In this document: positions 58,901 through 64,000 of the stretch, piece by piece
How the letters are laid out: each line of letters starts with the position of its first letter
Position numbering within the stretch: position 1 is the first letter of the stretch
NCBI GenBank assembly: GCA_048128005.1
Contig: JBEUKZ010000112.1
Span: 248,001 to 312,000 of the forward strand
From: Veleropilina oligotropha
Lineage: Eukaryota
Length of the DNA stretch: 64,000 nt
Reading direction: 5' to 3'
Made by a program: the position numbers and the translations under genes
Notes under the pieces: generated by a model
What the model was told of the DNA's origin: nothing
Seen by the model: only the letters and a program-made list of their open reading frames with translations
Databases searched by the model: none

Positions 58901-61900
58901 TGCCAAGCTGTTGTGACTGCGTATGGATCTTCCACACGCTACTGAGGTCCCTGACAGTGTAAAAATGGCCAATATGTGTTGTTTTTTCCATATTACTGTG
59001 GGAGAGTGCAATCATCCAATCCACCAAGCAAGTCAAAACGAAAGTGAATACCAACAGAAGAATATTGCAGGGGATTTTGGCACATTTTTTTGGGCCGCTA
59101 CCGACACGGTTAGCTGTGTTGCTCATTCCACGAATGCATGATCCTTACAAGTTGTACCTCGTTGTAAAAGTGACTAATCAGGCTTTCAAACGATATAAAA
59201 TACAATACCAATTGGTATTATTAAAGGGGAGGAATAATCGACCGAAATAAGGTTTCCGAACTTTTTTTGAGGAGTTTAGTTTAATCAGCCCTTTAATTAT
59301 GGAGCTGAGTTAATGCCCTTGTTTTAAATTTGTGAAATTATCTTTTCTGTAGTAGATGTCGTAAACCGCTTGAAACATGTTTTACTTTATATAGATCAAG
59401 TAAATATTCGTTGCTTCTAACAATGACTCTGTCTGCTTGTTTTTTTCAGTGTGTCATGCAGAGTTGAATGCCGTGTTAAACAAGAATTCAGCAGATGTGA
59501 AAAACTGTACCATTTACGTGGCATTGTTTCCTTGCAATGAATGTGCAAAGGTCATCATCCAGTCGGGGATTTCAGAAGTAGTGTATTTTTCAGACAAATA
59601 CAAAGATAAACTGGAATTTCAAGCCTCAAGACGCTTAATGGATCATGCCGGGGTCATTTACAGGTAAATGCGGAGTATAACTTGTGTAGTCATTTTATAA
59701 ATTAATTTGGAAGAGTGATAGACATTGCATAATAACTGAAATATATTGCTTTTTTATAATATTAAGAATTTCTAATTGAAAGTAAGAAGTGCAACCGATT
59801 GATTTTGAAAATGAACCACGAAGCCAGATTTTCTTTGGATTCATACACCCATGCTTGACAATCAGCTAAAGACCATTTTTAACTCAAGTTCAAAGTTTGT
59901 AGCTGATGTGGTTTATTCTAACATTAATCCATTTTGACCTAGTTTTCTTTTGTTATAACTGTTGATTATTCTACACGAATCCACTGCTACAAAATCATTG
60001 TGTCTGCTTAAAAGACCAATTAAACAAGTGTTATGTGCATTAATTCCATGCTTTGGACGATTCCATTCCAGAAAATGAGGAAAGCATGTTTAACGCAGTA
60101 TATAATCCAAAGAGGTAGATTTATCTGCGGACGAGTCCATTCTAGTACACGTGGACACTGAAAAGAAAATATTAATTATTTTAACGCGTAGACAACACTT
60201 TTGCACCGACAACAAACTTCAAGCACATTAAATTCGTTACCCAAATGAAGAAAATGTAATACACGTTTAACGTTCAGAAGAATCTGGCAATACTCCATAT
60301 AATGCTGTTGTTCATATGAACGATGTTCCATTGCTTTACTTTGAAACGAACACCGAGAGCTATTTAAATATTATATCACAGAAATGTCGTTAAAATACAA
60401 CATATATTTGCAATATTATACTATACCTGATGCTCTCTGCAGAGGTAAATCCCACGTGTGCTCTGGTCAAACATCTGAAGCCAAGTGTAGCGTCCTTTGA
60501 AATGTACATCATCGTGACGCAAAAATATTTCGCCCTGCATGCCGGTATAATTGCACTTAACGAGCACATTAAACGTCTATTCATAAAGATGATTCTATTT
60601 AATTAGACCGATGTCCGACAGGGGATTCCGGAGAGAAACATCATATCCTATTCACGTCAAATGTATATATTTGAGTAATTTGACGATGTAATTTAATATT
60701 AATAGACTAGTATTGTCTAAACACATAACACAGTTTATTTTGGCTAAGATGGATTAAATAAGTTAACCAACTTGGAACTGAGCAATCGTGAAAAATAATG
60801 CACTCGGGCCTGTCGGCCCTCGTGCATTATTTTTCACAAATGCTCAGTTCCACGTTGGTTAACCTATATTTAAAACTAATAGAAGGGGTAGCAACAGCTT
60901 ATAAACCCATTATCTGTACTTCGATAGGCGACATTACACAGAATGAAACTGCAAGACTGAATAATTGTCAATTAATGTGATCTTCAAACATCCATCCAAA
61001 TTAAAAACAATATAATATTTAGGAAGTCATAATATCACCAGACGATTTTCAGTTATAAGTATGGTTAACTGATACGGCGTATGTAGACATCCATTCACAG
61101 GGTGACGTCACGTATATAGAGGATCTCAAACGAGTGTCCATTTCATATGAGAATTATGAAACGAGTCGTGCACAATTTTATTTATGTACAGAGCCTTGGC
61201 GAAGTACATAATTTTGCTGACGTGTTTCATAATTCTCATATGAAATGGAAACGAGTTGGAAATCTTCTCTATCACATGACTTTAGTTACCTTTAAACTTA
61301 TTTTTTAACATTTTTAAACTCATTTCTGTCAGTATTTTCAGTCAAAACGGCCTGCCTCAGACGCATCACACCTCGACAGCACGTGCCACGCCACAATGAA
61401 TAGTTACGTACGCCAATAAAAAATAGTTCGGCATCTTTGTTTTGTCAGCAGACGACGTGTCAACGCATATGAATTATTCAATATGTTAATTAGGGTGATG
61501 CGTCACCTAATCAAATTTGTGCCAGTTGCGACTAGATGGCGTCATGATCGCCATCATTTGCATAGTTATTAAACGTGTGATTCATATGGAAAATATGAAA
61601 CTGGTTCTGCCATTTCATAACAGATTTGTCATGTGATAAATATTATCAAGTTATTATACATTATTGTGTACAGTATGTGGATTTATTGTACGAGTTCAAG
61701 TTGTAGTGAAAAGTGATATTGGACGAGTCCAATATCACTTTTCACCACAACCTGAACGAGTACAATAAACACATGCTGTACACCATAATGTATAATGACA
61801 TTTTTATTATCCATCTCGGTGTCATATAGGTTTAGATCTATATTTTGGTAATCTAACAAATTAATCGCATAATCAGTTTTGCATTATTTGCATATATAAA

Positions 61901-63043
61901 CGTTTAGGCCTACTGGAAATCCTGGTTGCTCAATATGACATTTCGATTCAAATTGCATAATATGAACTACTTTTGTTCAGTTTAGACCTACCACTTACTT
62001 TCAAAATTTTTATTCCCAAATAGACTACAAAAAATTGTTACCCTATTACTGAAAGCTGCGTACATTATCGCAATACTTCTGGATGAAGTGCTGCGATTCG
62101 ATTTGACACTAGACATATTCTGTTATGCAGATTTCAGGGCCCAAATAAGTTGTGTATTATGCCGTCAACTGTATACGAGCGGCGCACGTGCCCAAATCGT
62201 AAACAGTTTCGAGGACACAGACCTTCTGTCACTTTCACTTTGTGGGGATCTGAAACTTTGCTTGGCAGGCATAAAATAATGTTTCACATCGAATAAAATG
62301 CGCTTTACAGCAACCAATGTGCCAAAGAATCCACTGGTATGTATGTAGAAATGCATCACTATCACGAATACATATTTTTTGTTCATTTTAATGTAATTAC
62401 ATTGAAGTATAATTGTATACTTCGGATCCTAATTGTTTACATGATTTGGTAGATTAAGAGTTACTCCCCTTCTGTTCAATATGAAATCTTCTCGTCCAAT
62501 ATGACATCTCGTACAATATGAGTTTCAGCTGTATAATATCGGTTGTTATGGGAGGGGGGGGGGGGGTGCGGTGCCTCTACCAATCAGAAGTGGCATTAAC
62601 AAAGCGATGGAAAATAAATATATATATGTATATATATCTAACTTCTATGTATTGACCGTCCTAGATAGCTCAACTGATAGACCGTCAGAAAAACAATAAG
62701 TGGGATGGTAGGATGTGGGTTCAAACCACCGCTCCGGCGTTACTATTCTAACGCTAAAATCTAATAGCTGGTATATCCCTAATGTATGTCGGTCAGATCG
62801 GAGTGAGACCTTAAACCGGGTGTCCAGACTACGATACAGCTGAAAAATTGATAAAAGCGACTAGTGTTGTCGATCTTTCCCTTTTAAATGTATTATGATT
62901 ACATGTATCTCAATGTTTTCAGACAGTTCTGTCCTCAGAAGAAGCAGATTCTCATCGACTTCGAGAGTATGGACAAGGCGGTGGACTCCAGCGACATATG
63001 CAGCACACATTCCTCATTCGAACACAGCGCTGACCATCAGTGA
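43880..63043 (+). CDS. DCTD: Deoxycytidylate (dCMP) deaminase, 5 coding exons, 205 aa
   Basis: Exons 43880-43920 (or 43717-43757), 51326-51431, 56540-56675, 59450-59663, 62923-63043 total 618 nt. Motifs [47 protein letters not shown] and PCNEC (zinc deaminase site). Confidence 0.93.
44202..44430. mobile_element. CAG-ended MITE with 5-bp TSD
   Basis: TIR CAGGTTGGGG..TCACTTTTCGGGATATA; ATTAT on both flanks. Confidence 0.75.
44539..45524 (+). mobile_element. hAT-like MITE with 6-bp TSD
   Basis: TIR CAGCCCTCGSAATTA, GGTCGGCA subrepeats, TSD CCAATA; inverted paralogue at 52852-54918. Confidence 0.88.
45616..47985. mobile_element. CAG-ended non-autonomous TIR element with 5-bp TSD
   Basis: CAGTGTTCGAAA / TTTCTAACACTG ends, GGCCAGT subrepeats, GTGCT on both flanks. 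Confidence 0.7.
48060..50112 (-). pseudogene. PHD-finger, FLYWCH-like and MULE DDE transposase; intron-containing, disrupted
   Basis: Exon 50112-49998 ([28 protein letters not shown]) splices GT-AG to 49642 (GITRPQY..WRCTTC); [35 protein letters not shown]; stops and frameshifts. Confidence 0.85.
50960..51160 (+). mobile_element. Old tRNA-SINE family C (Deu/Meta-like motifs); related copies at ~18600-18780 and 62655-62860
   Basis: Shared GGAGTGAGACCTTRAACC..GTC..GACT motif and GCTGAAAA.TTG; A-box and B-box remnants. Confidence 0.5.
51326..51431 (+). CDS. DCTD: DCTD exon 2
   Basis: [35 protein letters not shown]; tttcAG / GTatac. Confidence 0.92.
51624..51887 (-). mobile_element. SINE family A
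   Basis: Full-length copy flanked by the direct repeat TCATGTAGG. Confidence 0.9.
52004..52738. repeat. 53-bp minisatellite (about 14 units)
   Basis: Unit CCGGCTGTAGGGTTTCCCTGCACCACTGGCCTTTCCTCCTGTGATGACCATAA. Confidence 0.97.
52852..54918 (-). mobile_element. hAT-like MITE (inverted paralogue of 44539-45524), 6-bp TSD TATATG
   Basis: Same TIRs; the empty site GCGTTATATGGATGAC is visible in the H1 copy near 9372-9387. Confidence 0.9.
53123..54187. mobile_element. Foldback element with ~490-515 bp inverted arms and 6-bp TSD CTACCC
   Basis: Arms 53123-53609 and 53671-54187 start TATGGAGCCGAATAGG and contain 21-bp ATTCTACATCCTACATTCTTT repeats; 61-bp spacer. Confidence 0.92.
55647..55730 (+). 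pseudogene. Degraded, internally deleted 5S rRNA-like fragment
   Basis: CATGTTGAACACACTAGTTCTCATCAGATCACGGAAGTT...TTGGATGGGTGA...GGTGCTG resembles invertebrate 5S rRNA. Confidence 0.55.
55914..56349 (-). mobile_element. HINE-like element
   Basis: AACAAG end, ATGTCTTGACCTT / AAGGTCAAGACAT inverted repeat, ACGG microsatellite remnant. Confidence 0.65.
56540..56675 (+). CDS. DCTD: DCTD exon 3
   Basis: [31 protein letters not shown]...KHLY. Confidence 0.93.
57612..58945 (+). pseudogene. Tc1 transposase, frameshifted and split by SINE B
   Basis: [14 protein letters not shown] start; [30 protein letters not shown] with 34 residues between D and E. Confidence 0.9.
57960..58284 (-). mobile_element. 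SINE family B, full length
   Basis: TSD ATGACTGC at 57952-57959 and 58286-58293; (ATT)n tail. Confidence 0.9.
59450..59663 (+). CDS. DCTD: DCTD exon 4 (catalytic HAE and PCxxC)
   Basis: [40 protein letters not shown]. Confidence 0.95.
60754..62600. repeat. Cluster of three long-palindrome (Crypton-like) non-autonomous elements
   Basis: Hairpins at 60754-60871 (loop CTCGGGCCTGTCGGCCCTCG), 61128-61258 and 61651-61798. Confidence 0.6.
62923..63043 (+). CDS. DCTD: DCTD terminal coding exon
   Basis: [17 protein letters not shown]...DHQ*. Confidence 0.88.
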
Positions 63044-64000
63044 AGCTTGAATTGGACTGTCAGATGAATGAGCATAGTCATATCATACTGAGATTACGTG
63101 TTGTGGTAGAACTTTTTCGCTGTGATGTACTTTGATCTCGACTAATATAATTAATGTGCACGAAGTATCCAACATTTCATTTGCATGACAGAGTATGATG
63201 CTGCAATTGAATTTTGTATGGTGGTGCAGCGGTCATTATGTACTCAAACAAACTGAAGCACATCTTACAGCAATAATTTCAGTCAGCAGATATCAATTTG
63301 TTGGTAATTAAAGACATGTCTTGTTATGCACAGAATTTTTTATGCAGCATGATGTTTCCTCCAACGCGGCACTACTTCCGATTCTCATTCTCGAACAATC
63401 TACGACATTTGTAAATTGTGCTGCTTATATATTGTATAAATACAATGTAATTTATTTTTAATAAAGCATACATTGTGTAATTGTATAAGTTAGTTGTTTG
63501 TTGGTTGGTACGTATACAATTCTGATGTGGTGATCTCCCCTTCGGATCGATGCTTAGTGTCAAGATTTGAAACAACATTCAGGTTTATACCACGACATGT
63601 CCATATTATCAAGCGGGTCAAGCTCTGCCACCCTGAAAAAACCCGTCCTCGCCGGTCAATTATGGACAAATGTTACTGTTAACTGAACAAAGAATGCCTT
63701 GTTGAAGATTCTCACAAATTAATGTTAGAAATAGCCGCCAAGCAAGTGAATTCAGAATGCACTCACATATCCACTCGGTTACGTATACTGGTGCGGCCAT
63801 GACCAGATACATAACATATCCCAGTACAATTGTGTAATACGAGCTGTGAGACGCGAGTTCCAATTCAGGAGGTAGTTGTCATGAAAGGTTACACCTAAGA
63901 CAATATCGTGGAATAAATCCTGGGTCGTTCAACAATAATCATCTGATCATTGTTGTTATATACATTTAAAACAGAGTGACAGAGACTACAACGGTTGGTT

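Larger units (their letters stand above)
56941..59276 (+). mobile_element. Tc1 (DD34E) transposon with ~210-bp TIRs and TA TSD
   Basis: TIR AACTCCTCAAAAAAAGTT; TA at 56939-56940 and 59277-59278. Confidence 0.93.

Overview
AT-rich, intron-rich eukaryotic DNA; the repeat inventory suggests an invertebrate, probably a lophotrochozoan (inference). Two host genes lie on the + strand. (1) The 3' 17 coding exons of an unusually long HMMR/RHAMM (5223-29314, about 995 codons here, N-terminus outside the window). (2) A complete dCMP deaminase, DCTD (43717 or 43880 to 63043, 205 aa), whose E2F-site promoter and first coding exon are tandemly duplicated. The rest is mobile and repetitive DNA: the 3' part of a DIRS retrotransposon with its ICR, inserted in a ~158-bp satellite; a Penelope-like element with inverted ends that each carry a minimal hammerhead ribozyme; a PHD-finger MULE; Tc1; an Academ relic; RTE LINE fragments; HINE/Helentron-type elements; CAG-ended MITEs with 5-6 bp TSDs; a foldback; three SINE families; and 39, 57, 53 and 29-bp minisatellites. 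The long ORFs in the track at 5.8-8.5 kb, 25.5-29.3 kb and 51.8-54.3 kb are repeat artefacts. All calls were made by eye; no searches were run.
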